A stretch of 63,744 nucleotides of DNA, counting the filler, from Conidiobolus incongruus B7586 (taxonomy: Eukaryota), in the NCBI GenBank assembly GCA_000697335.1. It is 25 parts of 25 records of this genome, joined end to end, with 100 filler letters (N's around TTAATTAATTAA, not from the genome) between each part and the next. Parts side by side here need not be neighbours in the genome. Positions count along the whole stretch, not along the records: positions 1 to 1,631 come from JNEM01003899.1; positions 1,732 to 11,476 come from JNEM01003900.1; positions 11,577 to 13,152 come from JNEM01003901.1; positions 13,253 to 14,794 come from JNEM01003902.1; 21 more parts are not named here. The stretch is one strand, 5' to 3'. The notes below the pieces were generated by a model. It saw nothing but the letters and a program-made list of their open reading frames with translations. It made no database searches and had not been told where the DNA came from. Below are positions 1-13,429 of the stretch, piece by piece. Both the position numbers and the translations under genes were made by a program. Each line of letters starts with the position of its first letter. The first letter of the stretch is position 1.

Positions 1-493
1 ATATTATTTTAAATTAAGTTAATAAATTGATTTTTAACTATAAGTTGTTATAATATTTTTAATAACTAATATACTAAATTTTTAACATATAAATTGAACA
101 AAATATTGGAGCTATAACTATTGTTATAATAATATATTAAATAAATAAATATAATAATATTTCAAAATGTTTAATTATGATATATATCTGATTATATTCC
201 AATTCTAGGTTATTATAATAATAATAAAAAATTATCAAAATTGTTATCAATATTAAAATTATTTAATAAACATAAATTACATTATTTTTCAAGATATAAC
301 ATAAAATAAACATATTTAAAGATATTTAAAATGGGTTATAAAATCGTTGTAATATTGAGATTATATTGAATATAATATAAAAAAAAGCTAATATATAATA
401 AAAAAACCATTTGAGAATATTTTATTCTATTATAGAAAAATATTAAAAACAATATTAAAAAATAAAAAATGGCTTATAATATAATAAATATAA

Positions 494-545
<52 letters not shown>
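494..545. repeat. (AAT)n microsatellite, about 17 units
   Basis: Uninterrupted aataataat run. Confidence 0.9.
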
Positions 546-1631
546 TTGAATCATATTTAAATCATTTGGTGATAAATTTAATTTTAACTTGAAATTATGT
601 ATAATACTATTTTTCAAGAATTCCAATCTACTTTGTTTCAACATGAGTATTCAATATCATGTTTCAATGTAAGGAATATGAATAATATTTGAATATAGAG
701 TAGTTTGAAAATTAATGAATAAAATTAATTTCTATATTGAGTATTATTTAATTTCAATTTTGATTTCAATATATAAGTAAAATTATAATGAAAATGAGAA
801 ATAAAATACAACTATAATGATTTTATAAAATGCTGATATGTGATTAATTAAGGCTTTAGATCATTAAATTTGTATAATATCTTATTAAAAAAGAAATATA
901 TCAAAACAAATTCAAATATGGTCATCTTGTAAAATATGTATTTGAATAATTTATTATAATTTTGAAAGTTTAATTGAAAATTTTGATTAAAATTAAATTG
1001 AAAAATTTAAACTCACTATAAAATTAATCCATATATTAAATATGTTTATAATTCTGTTTATTACTTGGTGTTTAATTAATTTGAAAATTCCTATTACCAC
1101 TCCTAAAAGTAATTTTCTATTAATTAAGCTGATGTATTAATGTGCATGATTACGAGGATGGATAGTATTTGTGACGTTTTTAATTATCAGAATTGTTTAA
1201 GATTGATTTGAATCAAATTCTAATTATAGAAATAATAAAATATTTTTTAAAATATATTCATTAAATAATATATTTATATTAGATTTAGTAAACATGTGAT
1301 AGATAAACTTAAAAATTCATATGAAATTGTATATTTAAAATATGTTCAGATACACCGTAATATTTTGAATAATTAAATGACAAATTATTAGATAATTTAA
1401 TCCTAATAAATGCATAATTTGAAAATGTGATATAATTGAAATCTTATAATATTTTACATTTAAGATTATTCTTAGAGCTTGAATACTTGTCCTATAGCTC
1501 ACATTTATATATAGATTTATACTATTATATAACCAAATTTAATCCGGTTTTTGCAATTAAATCTATATTATTCATTAATTTACTACTTTATTCTTTAATA
1601 ATAATATTTTAAAATTAATACGAAATAAATA

Positions 1632-1731
1632 NNNNNNNNNNNNNNNNNNNNNNNNNNNNNNNNNNNNNNNNNNNNTTAATTAATTAANNNNNNNNNNNNN
1701 NNNNNNNNNNNNNNNNNNNNNNNNNNNNNNN
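1632..1731. other. Artificial contig-joining linker (44 N + TTAATTAATTAA + 44 N), first of 24
   Basis: The same 100-bp linker, with stops in all six frames, starts at 1632, 11477, 13153, 14795, 16764, 18493, 20413, 21524, 24034, 25829, 27146, 29611, 33486, 35122, 36789, 38360, 40665, 42859, 51964, 53282, 55829, 57113, 58658 and 59948. Confidence 0.97.
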
Positions 1732-2677
1732 AACCTATAAAAATTTAAAAAACTAACTTTAATTATTATTTTTTAAATAATAATAAAGTGAAAAAATATA
1801 TTAATAATTATTTTTTATTTTAGTTAAAAAATTATCTAAATATTTTAATATTAGTTTTATAAGTATTTTATATATATTCAAGTTTAAACTCAAATTAATA
1901 AATAATAATATAAAATAAATACCTTATAATTTAGTTAAAACTTAAAAAAAGCTAGAATAGCTATTATTAAACAAAACCTATTAAAATATTATTAGAAAAT
2001 TAAGCTTTTATAGTGAATAGTTATAATTGATGAATTTTAAATCCTTATGTATAATCTTATACTAAAATATAAATCATAATGTTAGATTAAGTTAAATTAA
2101 TCTTTTCTATAAATTCTTTTAAAAAAAATATTTTATTAATAAGTAAATTTTAATTATTATAACTATTTATAATATTATATATTATTTTTATTTAGTTTTA
2201 AAAAAATCAATGAATAATAAGATTTATATTGTTTTTTTAAATAAAACCATTTTTAATGAGAGCTTTTAAAATAGTTTAAAAAACCTGTTATTTTATATAT
2301 AATTATAAAATATATAAATTTAAAAATAAAAAAAATTTTTAATTAAAAATAATTGGAAAAAATCATTATATTTAATATACTCTTTAGATTATACCTTATA
2401 TAATTATAATCCTATAAGTAATTAAAAACCTAGCTTACAAAAAAAAATTTTGCAAGAAAATTTAATTAGTTTATAAAATATTAAATTTTATCTTTTTAAT
2501 AAAAAAAACTATTTTTTAAATGTTAAGCATTTGTTAAAAATATAGCAAAAAGTTAATAATAGTAAAAAACTATTAAACTTATAATATATATTTATTTTTA
2601 TATATTATATATTTTATATCAAAATGTTTATTTATTTTCAATCATAAAAAATTCCTATTATTTAAATTACAAAGTAA
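1732..2677 (+). mobile_element. Degenerate mariner (DD34D) family A, 5' part cut by gap
   Basis: Colinear with 15202-16503. Reads ataattgatgaattt (IxDE) and carries the 3' TIR aaaaattcctattatttaaattacaaagtaa followed by TA. Confidence 0.85.
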
Positions 2678-3369
2678 TATTTTACCACTCTATGATTAAA
2701 CTTAATAAAATAAATTGGACAAGATCTTATGATTGCTTTTTAAAGATAAATTTTTAATAAGATTTATATCATTAAAATGATTATTAAATTAGATTATTAG
2801 AAAAGAGAATAGGAGCTATTATTTTGATATTACCTTGATTTTATATTTAATAATAATAATACACTATAATTCTTAAAATAATTATTTTGATTTTGGAACA
2901 ATAATTATTTAACTATTATGATATATATTTCTTAAATTAAATTATTTGTCCTGGATATATTATTTAATTTATTTAATATTTTAAATAAAAAAGCTAGAAA
3001 ATTATATCTATATTGAACCAATTATATTTATTATATACATTGTTAATATAAATTTTAACTTCAATTATAAATAATTATATCATTATATTATTTTTTCATA
3101 ATAAAGGTTATTATTAAGAAAATAATATTTATTCCTTTATTTCTTATTAATAGGATTAGTAAACTAATCTTTTCAATATTCCTCAATATAAAATACCATA
3201 AATATCCAATATATTAATTTAAAATATAAAATTTTTGAAAATAAACAATAATTCTAAAAATAAGTTCACTTATTTTGAATTTTTATATTAACATAATAAA
3301 TAAAGCTAAAACGGAAATAATATGATTTTGATAATTAATAACATCTTTGTTTCTTAATCAGAGAACTCT

Positions 3370-4480
3370 ATACCTATGTTAATATCTTAACTTTATTACA
3401 TAGTTTTTTATAATTTATTTGCAAAATTACACCATTAATTTTAAAAAATAAATTTAAAATATCATTAAATCTTTTTTCTTAAATCAAATTCTTCTTACCA
3501 AAACAGTCATAATAGTAAAAAATCATTTCTGGTGAGGATGGTGGATATGGTAATATAGACCAGCTTTTTAATAAACAAACCTTTTGCAATTTTTGCTATA
3601 TATATAAATAGCTATTGTTATATATAATAAATGGTTCTTATTCAATTTTTTAATATTGATTTTTAATATTTGATTTTAAAAACATATAGTATATATTACT
3701 GATAGGACTGTTTTTATTGCAATAGTTAGCGGAATATTTAAATATCAGTATTTATACCTAATAATAATATATATTTTTTTCAAACAATATTTTATTTTAA
3801 ATTTATAGTAGTGATATTAATTTTTCAATTTCTGCGCTCTATTTATAACTTAAAAATAGGTTATAAATTAGGATTTATAATTGATTTATTAATATATTTT
3901 TTTAAAAATAGAGAATAAATATTACTATATAAATTTATATCAGCAATATACCTTCCTTAAATTATATTATTTGGAAATTAATTATAAGACACCAATACTT
4001 TCAAATTTTGAACTAATTCTAATATATCTTTTATTAAAAAAATAGAGTTATTATAAAGTAAAATAATTGTGTTAATTCTTTTACCAAGTTATATAACTGA
4101 TTTTGAAAATAATTTCTAACTATTATTATATCATGTTATATGTTATAAATTAATATAGCTTAAATAAGATAAGTACTTTTATATTAAAATTCTACTTTTA
4201 TATCAATTGAACCAGCTTGCAAAATTACATTTTTGAATCATTTTGCCACTAAATGTTATTTGGAGTCTTTTGTAAATAATGGCTATAGAATGTTTTATAT
4301 TACACGATATTTTGGAAAATACTCTTTGTTTAATTTCAGCTGAATTAAAGATTCTATGATTTTTAATTATTATATTTTTAGATAAAATTGTCTTCAAAGA
4401 ATTATAATTTATGTAATATATATGATAAGGCATTGGATAGCTTATAATCATCAAAAATAATACTAAAATGAAAGTGAAGT
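3370..4480 (-). mobile_element. Degenerate mariner, divergent family C (includes the 98-aa ORF 4203-4499)
   Basis: The ORF C-half (EIKQRVFSKISCNIKHSIAIIYKRLQITFSGKMIQKCNFASWFN) resembles the mariner N-terminal HTH. Downstream on the minus strand SILPYPPSSPEM..YDCFGK resembles the HPPYSPDLAPSDY motif. Ends approximate. Confidence 0.65.
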
Positions 4481-7282
4481 TATATGTTTCATTAAACAAT
4501 ATTTGATTGAAATATAGGGAATTATTATTTCAACTACTGGATATGTAATTAGTTAATTTTTCATAATACCAGTCAAAAATAAATATTTTATAAATGAGAT
4601 GTTTCATTTGAATAGATTGATATTTATAATGAAAACTTGAATAGTAAGTTGAAATATTTTTTGATAATTTATACAAATATTATGAAAAAGACTATATACT
4701 TAATTGATAATTGTTATATATCAATCGTAGTTTAATTAACCTTCTATTCAGAGTATTTTGGTTTTATTAAATTTTTGGTTAAATTAATTTATAACTCTAA
4801 TATTATATAATTTCAAAATATTAAACTATCTAAAATAATATGTAAGCATTGATATTTAATTGCTCTAAGTTATTTTATTTTCAGTATTCAGAAAATATGA
4901 TATTTAGAGTAAATAAGCTATTATTTTATTTAACCTGGAATAAGGGTAAGATATTATATAGGATTTTAAATCTCCTAATCTATATATAAAAGACTATACA
5001 AGATAATTATAGTATGTTTATTATCAATGTCTCTGATAAGTTAACTAGTATATTCAATATAATATTGATAATATCATTTAAATGCTATTTAATATATTAA
5101 AATTCTAAATAATTTTTTGGAAAATAAAAACTTAGACATTAAGCGATAAAATCTTATACACTCCATTAATTCAGTTAATTCATAATATAATAGTATGCAT
5201 TTTATGAAATTTTTAATAATATAAAATTAACTCAAATTAATACATTTTAGATATATCATTTTTATAAAAATTATTTTATTGATAAATAAAATTTCTAAAA
5301 AAACAAATTTTGATTTTTTAAAAGTACATAATTGAAATCTATTAATATTAAATTTAAAAGCTGAGTTTCTTATAATTAGTTTTAATTGTATTAATAAAGT
5401 ATCAGGATTGGTTATAATTGTAATATTATATCACAAGTAATATATTGTAATGAAATATCAAAACATTATTCACCAGACATATTAAAATTTTTTGTATTCA
5501 AAATTTTACTCCATATTGAACTATTAATTTACTATTGTGATAATAAAATTAAAAGAATAGATTATCAATACTAATATCATAGCGTAAAATATTAAAATCA
5601 AAGTTATATATTTATAAATAATAACTATATGTTTATTCTGTAATCCAATATGGAACAAAATTATATTTAGTAACTTTATTTTGTATAATAAAATAATACA
5701 ACATGTCAAGATATACAAATTCAGTTTATTTATTACTCAAAATTAAATGATTCAAAATATAAGGCAATTAATCAATTATTTTCAAAATTTTTATAACCCT
5801 TATTAATAATAAAGGAATAAAAAAATTTCAATCCTATTCAAGTAAATTTTTAACATTGAAAAATCGAAGAACTTAAAGAGTTTAGCTACGATGCTCTTTA
5901 TTATATGATTTTAACAATAATTATTATCAAAATAATTTTTAGTTATAATAAAATATAACTTAACAATATGAATGTTTAAAAAATTAAACTAAAATTTTAT
6001 ATTATGGTAAATATTATAAGGAATAGACAGTGTTATAATTTATTATAAAACTTATCATAAGAAAGGTGTAGAGTACATCATTATCTAATAAAAACTAATT
6101 TATTAACTTTAAAATCTTTAAAATGATTCAATATTGTTCAATATTTTATATAATAGCAACAAATTTGATCAAATAATCCCAATTCGGTTCCAATTAGATT
6201 ATATTTCTGTTAAATATATTATTTTGTTTTCACTTAGAATACAGTAATTCATTTATAAATCAAGTTATACTACTATTATTAGGAATAATTTTAAAAATAG
6301 AGTGATTTATTAGCTGGTATATTTATCAACGGAATATCTATATAATTGAATTAAATAATAAATAATACATTATATTAAGATTAGTATAATATTATTTATC
6401 TCATAGACAAATCTCTCCATTGATTAACTTATTAGAACTTAAAAAGTAAAATACAATTGGTCATAATAGCATAACATAACTTGTAGAATATTAATTCATT
6501 CTTAATCCACTTGAAAACTTTTATAAAATCAAAATCTTTAAACTATCTTTATCCAAAACACTATTTTGAAAATGAGAAATAAATATTGCCCACAAATAAT
6601 AAATACAAAATATTATTATTCTAAATCTGTAGAGATTATATTTATAAAGAAAAAATATCATTTGCTAATATTTTTTATTTGTATTATATAAATAGGCGAT
6701 TCTTTAAAAAGAATTTATACATTTTCATATATAATTATATTAATATTATATTTAAACAATTTTGACATAAGGACAGTGGTAAATTTCAGCAACTTGCCAA
6801 ATTCAGCCAAATATTTATCATTATGTAATTTAATGAATGATTTACTATAAGATGGTACTACAACAAAACTTTCTTATTAATTCCGTGCTCCTAAAATATT
6901 TACATATGCTTATGTATCCTATTTCATTATAAATACAGATGTTGTTCCTTAATAAAGCTCATTTGATGATAGTGTTTACTGTATGTTTATTTTTCTAGTT
7001 CAGGTCACTAACTTGATTAATTTATTCTGTGTATAACTGTCTGAGATTCCGCAATATCTTGTTATGTTATTGCTCACATGAAATACCACAATTAGAACTC
7101 AAATATAATTCAAATTGAAAGCAAGTCTGAATATTGTTATTCCATTATTTCAAAATTAAAGAAAATATTACATATAAAGTGATTTTAATTAAATAAAGAT
7201 TGTTAATTGTAAATTTAATGAAATTTGTAGTAATGATACAAAAGGAGTATAAGAGTAGAATAAAGTAATTTGTAATAAGTAT

Positions 7283-8641
7283 TTAAATTCTGTAACAATG
7301 GATACTTTGATGGTAAATATAATATTTCCAGTTAGTGAATTGAATGTAGAATGGCTCATAGAATTTCAAAATAGATTTGGAACTAAGTTCAGGATAAATG
7401 GCAATATGCTTCAAGAGGGGAAATTGCTCGAATATATCTAAGTTTATGTCTTTGGGGTTGAAATATTCAAATATTAGGTTCTCCAACTGATTCAGATCAA
7501 ACTGTTCAAGGTTTGTAATTGGAAAATTGTTCCTATTAATTAAAGTCAGTGATCTTAAATATTTCATCTGGGGTAATACAGAGTTAATCATTTGGTATAA
7601 ATTTGATTCATAATCAATGATCAATTGAAACATATTAGGACATGACTTAATTAATTTTTCAAGTAAAGGAAATTCAGGATTCATAATATTGGTTAGTTCC
7701 AGTGATTTGATAGATTTCAAGGTAGGAAATATTAAGTCACTGAAATCTGAAATAACATGTCCAATATATAATTTAACATCTTGCAATTGGTTTGAAGTGT
7801 GAATTAATTGAAAACTGTGTTCATCCAAATGATCGATAGAGGTATCTAATTCTTGTAACTGAGGATTTAAAGATAAAAACCGATTAATGACTGTAGGGGT
7901 TGGGTCATTGAACTGAAAATAGGTAAGACGACGAAGATGAGGAAGGTGTCGGGCAGAAAGGTTAAAAGAATCAAATATTGAACCTGGATCGTCATCAGAA
8001 CGCAATGATACGGAGTATTCGGTAAATTCATATCTAACAAGATCACAACAGTCAAAAATTAAGCTTGTCAAAAATTCTGGAAGCTTGATATGTTGTTCGG
8101 AGGAGCTAGTTGATTGAGATTGAAATAGAGTCACATAATTCAAAGCAAGGTTCTTTATATAATCAAGATCTGATAATAGAATTATTAGCGAATCCAATTC
8201 AATATTTGTCCACGAAATATCTAAGGATTTTAAATTTGTGAATATATTAGGAATCTCTGATATCAAACTCCTTGATCTTCCTTGTATACTCAAAGTGCTA
8301 ATATAAGGCTCAAATTGACCAATATCGCGCCTAAATTGGTCAAAGTTATTATACCTTTTATGGGTCGGAACCATATTAGATTTGCAGTGTGAATTTTGAA
8401 GAGATTCGCTTCTACCATTTTGATCAATTTTTTCATTATTATCAGTGTTTTCAGTATTACGACATTTATCGTCATCTTCTAGTATAATCAGATTTTGTAA
8501 ATGTATATTTTGGAAAAAAGTGGGTATCAACTTTGTTCGCAAATAATGTGACTGCATACTCAATTGAATTAACTCATTCTGAGACAAATATTTATGAAGC
8601 TCATTAAAACTAAGAATTATAGCCCAATTAATGTTATTCAT
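7283..8641 (-). CDS. RNI-like / F-box-LRR-type protein, 452 aa, intronless
   Basis: Long open ORF, GC-richer than its flanks. F-box-like N-terminus (INWAIILSFNELHKYLSQNELIQLS) and repeated LxxLxLxx units (FTNLKSLDIS, LPHLRRLTY, NPQLQELD, LKSIKSLEL, LRSLTLIN). Confidence 0.88.
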   Translation of the reverse strand: MNNINWAIILSFNELHKYLSQNELIQLSMQSHYLRTKLIPTFFQNIHLQNLIILEDDDKCRNTENTDNNEKIDQNGRSESLQNSHCKSNMVPTHKRYNNFDQFRRDIGQFEPYISTLSIQGRSRSLISEIPNIFTNLKSLDISWTNIELDSLIILLSDLDYIKNLALNYVTLFQSQSTSSSEQHIKLPEFLTSLIFDCCDLVRYEFTEYSVSLRSDDDPGSIFDSFNLSARHLPHLRRLTYFQFNDPTPTVINRFLSLNPQLQELDTSIDHLDEHSFQLIHTSNQLQDVKLYIGHVISDFSDLIFPTLKSIKSLELTNIMNPEFPLLEKLIKSCPNMFQLIIDYESNLYQMINSVLPQMKYLRSLTLINRNNFPITNLEQFDLNQLENLIFEYFNPKDINLDIFEQFPLLKHIAIYPELSSKSILKFYEPFYIQFTNWKYYIYHQSIHCYRI

Positions 8642-9056
8642 TATTAGAAAATTGAATGAAATTTATGAATTTAAAATGTTGAATTTAAGCATCAATCAAG
8701 AGCTTGAAAATATAATTTTAATTTATTGTAGGATAAATACATTTTTTTAATTATCATGCTTGAATTTTATGAATTATGGGAATTTTAGCAGATTTGATTC
8801 ATTGAGTTAATAAAATTTACTTTTTAAATTATTTTTTCATTAATACAAAATATCTCATAACAATATTTGATTGAATTGAAGTAATTTTTCTAATTTTGAT
8901 CTCATTTGAAGTTGATTTTTAATATAAAATAACTCCACTAAGCTCTTAAATAATTTTAGTTAGATGACTATTTACGATCACCCTATTAAAATTTCTATTT
9001 TAGGTTAAAGTACTGTTGGAATAGTATTGATTAAACAAATCTAATATATTTAATAT

Positions 9057-9406
9057 TGTTGTATTTTGAAAATACTCATCCGTCTCAATTCGATAGATAA
9101 GTCCGTATTGCCCTTCATTTATAGTGGCTTAATTTGTCCATAATCAAAGGATGTTCTTTAGTTCCTCTTATTAGAGTTTATCCAAATCCTGTGTCACTCA
9201 CTGAACGAATTATTTAAACCCAGAAGTGACAGGGATAGAAAAAGAGGTTTTTTCTGAATATTCTCCTACAACATCTCAACAGTAGCTCAGCTTTAAGACA
9301 TACAGTCCAGATACGATAAAGAGCGGGATTAATAAATAATTTACTAAATCGTATTTCGAGTACTTCTCTAACAACGATCTTTATTTACAAAACTTTTTAT
9401 TAAACA
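9057..9406 (+). mobile_element. Putative solo LTR (family 4), lightly mutated copy
   Basis: About 350 bp from TGTTG to AACA with internal AATAAA. Homologous to 43228-43557 (shared ttaagacatacagtcc and gatctttatttacaaaactt). No clean TSD found. Confidence 0.55.
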
Positions 9407-9540
9407 CTAAATTTAAAATCCATGTTGTGAGTTAAATATGAACATCAGTAAAGTTACTTTTTTAAAATTTAATATGTTCAATGTACAATTTTAAGTAATA
9501 AACTGTTTAATATTAGATAGATTAGGGATACAACACCTTC

Positions 9541-10200
9541 AATGAGTGAATTAACTATAGAAGGACATGGAAATTAGAATTATAATTTTAAATCAAGCAT
9601 AACTGTAATATATTTGAAATTAAAAATTTTATTCCAATTTTGACTAGTCAATATAATTAGATTTTAAAATTTTTTTGGTATATGGTTTTCCAAATCTACA
9701 AGGCATATGTTCTGAATATATTGTTCTTGACTTATTGAGTTGATTGAAGTCATGGATTACCAACTTTTCATCCAGAACAGCTCAGTATTGATTAATAGAT
9801 TTACAATAGACCTATAATCTATATCAAATTTTGTCAAATTAGTGCATACATTAATCAATTCCTATATAATATATTGTTAAAATATTAATGAGTTAGAATG
9901 TTTGAATAATTTGATATATCCTAATGTAGAAAATTTAAAAGTAAATAGTCCTGGAAATCTTTTCTTAAAGCAAAGTTCAAGATGTTGTAATTAATTCAAA
10001 AATTGGATGTTTTCAAAGGTATATTAACCCAACTGACTGAATGCAGTTTTATAAGCACATTAATTTGGGATCTAATGTTAAAATTGATTTACCACTGTGT
10101 AGCTAAGATGATCATATTACTAACAACTAAAAAAGTGTAAATAGCGAAGGAATTAAGAACTATTATCAAATGGACAGTAGATAGAATCTAGGTTAAGATC
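9541..10200 (+). pseudogene. Probable decayed RNI-like/LRR gene
   Basis: GC-richer stretch with interrupted frames carrying LRR-like peptides (MSELTIEGHG, LECLNNLIYPNVENLKVNSPG); many stops and frameshifts. Confidence 0.35.
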
Positions 10201-11611
10201 AAAATATAATATAGTCATATATAGTTCCAATCAAGACAAAATAGATAACAGCTCTCAAATTATAAGTTTTCTTTGGAGGATATTTAATAATATAGGTCTT
10301 TGATTACAAAAATGATGAAATACTAATACGCTTTCAAAGCAAGCACCTCCGTAGATTGAATCTAAGATAATTGGTATATTAATGAGTTTTGTGTAAAATT
10401 TGCGAAGGAAATATTTAAAAATTGTCAAGTTTCAAGGTCATTGGAATATACCAAATAAGATTTATCTTATAATTCCCGAACATATATAGTTTGAACCTGA
10501 ATTAACATTGGAGGCAGATTTTTTCATTTTACATGTCAATTAAGTGATTTGTGTGATTTATATATATTTAATTGGAGTGAGAATAACTAGGCTATAGTAA
10601 AATATCATCTTCAAAAATTATATGATATTGATGATATATTTCAATCCTCTTCAGATTATTATCATGATTAATAAAATCAAGTTTCTTCAATTCAGAAATA
10701 TAAAAATTATATGATATTATTATTTTATATAAATTACTGAACTCAATACTTAGTTAAATCAATTCATATTAAAATATCCACTAAGTTTAAAACTAAATTT
10801 AAATGCTCAATAAACAGTGAATTAATTAATATAAATTTTGAATTGAAGTAATGAGAAATTTTTTATTTTTATTTATTTAAATATTTTTTAGTGAAACTGA
10901 AAAATATAAAAATAATTAACTAGAAAATAAATAGATTTAAGCTGTATATTTAAATACTAATTTAACTATATTAGTTAAAAGATTCACTTTTGAAAATATA
11001 ATATTTAATTTAATTATTCAAATAATAATGATTTAAAGTTTTTTTTATTTTATCATCAATAAAATATTATTATAAACTTTTTGAAATTATTTAAATTCTA
11101 TAAATAAATTTGAAAAAAATCTATTTAAATTTATTATATAATATTTATTAAGTTATTTTAAAACTAGCAAAGAGATAATTTAAACCTTAATCAAATAAAA
11201 AAATTAAATATAATTAATATTCTGTATTATATAATTCTATTAAAACAATATTAGAATATATTTTTTTGTTTTATTTAAAGAACTATCAAATACTTATATT
11301 AACTTAGATTTGAAAAAATAGGAAATTTATTAATTTCTGATTTAAATATATTATTAGTTTAAAATAATAAAAGAAATATCAATATAATAAAATAATATAA
11401 AGTTTTAAATTATGTATATTTATATATTTATATATTTATATATTAATATAAAAGCCTTCATTATTTAAAAATTAATNNNNNNNNNNNNNNNNNNNNNNNN
11501 NNNNNNNNNNNNNNNNNNNNTTAATTAATTAANNNNNNNNNNNNNNNNNNNNNNNNNNNNNNNNNNNNNNNNNNNNTTAAAATATTTTCAAAAATAAAAT
11601 AAAAGTCATTA

Positions 11612-12883
11612 TATTAGCATAAAATAAAAGAAATAAGAAATTTTTTAATTTCTAATTTTTCAAACTTATTATTAGTTTTAAGAAAAAAAATATATATAAA
11701 ATAAATATGAAAATAAATAATTTTGAATTATATATATATATAATAATTTTACTAGAATTAGTTATTTGAATTAAATAATAACCATCAAAATTCTTTTATT
11801 TTAGTATTAGCAAAACTTAACCATAGATCCTTTAAAATTATTTAAAATTTACAAATAACTTTTAATAATAAAGTATTATCTAAATTAACAAGTTATTGCT
11901 AGGTAAATTACTTTAAGACTAGGAAAGAAATTACCCAAAACCTGCTAAAATCTAAAAGACTAATTTTAACTATTACTTTTCTAATTATTGATAAATTAAA
12001 AAAATATATTGAAAAAAACCTTTTTATTTTAGCTAAAGAATTATCAAGATAATTCAATATTAGTTATATAAGTATTTTATATATTTTAAAGTTTAAATTA
12101 AAATTAATTAATAAAAATATAAAATAAATACCTTATAATTTATCCAAATCTTAAAAAAAAACTAAAATAGTTATTATTAAATGAAATATATTAAGGTATA
12201 TCTAGAAACCAAAGCTTTTATAATAAATTATTTTAATTGATAAATCATGGGTTTTTTTATATAATTCTTTATCTAAACATAAATCAAAATATTAAATTAA
12301 ATTAAATCAACCTTTTTTATAAATTTTTTAAAATAACACTTTGTTAATAAATAATATTAATTATTATAATGAAATATAATAACATATGCTATTTTTATTT
12401 AGTTTTTAAAAAAAACAATTAATAGTAAACTTTGTATTTCTTTTTGAAATAAAGCTTTTTCAATTTGATATTTTTAATATAATATGAGAAAACTTATTAT
12501 TTTGCATAATAATTACAAAATATATAAATTTAAAGTTATAAAAAACTTTCTAATTAAAAATAACTTGAAAGAACTACCATATCCAATATATTTCCCAGAT
12601 TATAACCCATGTGATTATAATTGTTGTGGGTAATTAAAAAACTAGCTTATAAGAAAGAAAATTTTTATAAAAAAATTTAATTAATTTATAAAATATCAAA
12701 TTTTAATTCTTAATAAATAAAACTATATTTAAGTATTAGATCTTTATTAAAATTATTCTAAAAACAATATTAGAAATAAAAAAATTATTAATTTTATATT
12801 ATATATTTATTTCTATTTTTTATATATTAAAATATATTTTTATTTATTCACAAAAATTTCCCATTATTTAAATTACAAAGTAA
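11612..12883 (+). mobile_element. Degenerate near-full-length mariner (DD34D) family A
   Basis: Translates LH(D>N)N...KELPYPIYFPDYNPCDY, with 34 residues between the second and third catalytic positions. 3' TIR aaaaatttcccattatttaaattacaaagtaa. Confidence 0.9.
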
Positions 12884-13429
12884 AATAATAAAAATAAAAT
12901 AAATTCAGATATTATTTCTTAATCAGATAAAACTTTTTATTATATTTTATTTTTATTATCAGATGGTGGAATAAAGATAAAATAATTCTTATAAAATTAT
13001 TTTTTCAATCCCTCAATTTTAATCTAATTAAATATCTTTAAAATAACATAAAATAAATTAAGAAAAATAATTAAAATTTTCCTATTAATAGAAAATTTAA
13101 ATTATTTTAAGAATAAATTTAATAATTTTATCATAAAACTAATTTTTTTAATNNNNNNNNNNNNNNNNNNNNNNNNNNNNNNNNNNNNNNNNNNNNTTAA
13201 TTAATTAANNNNNNNNNNNNNNNNNNNNNNNNNNNNNNNNNNNNNNNNNNNNTTAATTTAATAATTTATAAAATTATATAATAAGTATAATATTAATTAA
13301 TTAAAATTATATAGAATTTTTAATTATAAAAGGATTGAAAAATAAAATAAAATCAATATATCAACAAAATCAATCAATAATAATTATTGAATCATTATAA
13401 TTATTTATTAATATAAGAGTTTTATATTT

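Noticed and set aside
5524..5718. 64-aa Ile/Leu-rich ORF
   Set aside because: No recognisable motif; expected by chance in AT-rich DNA.
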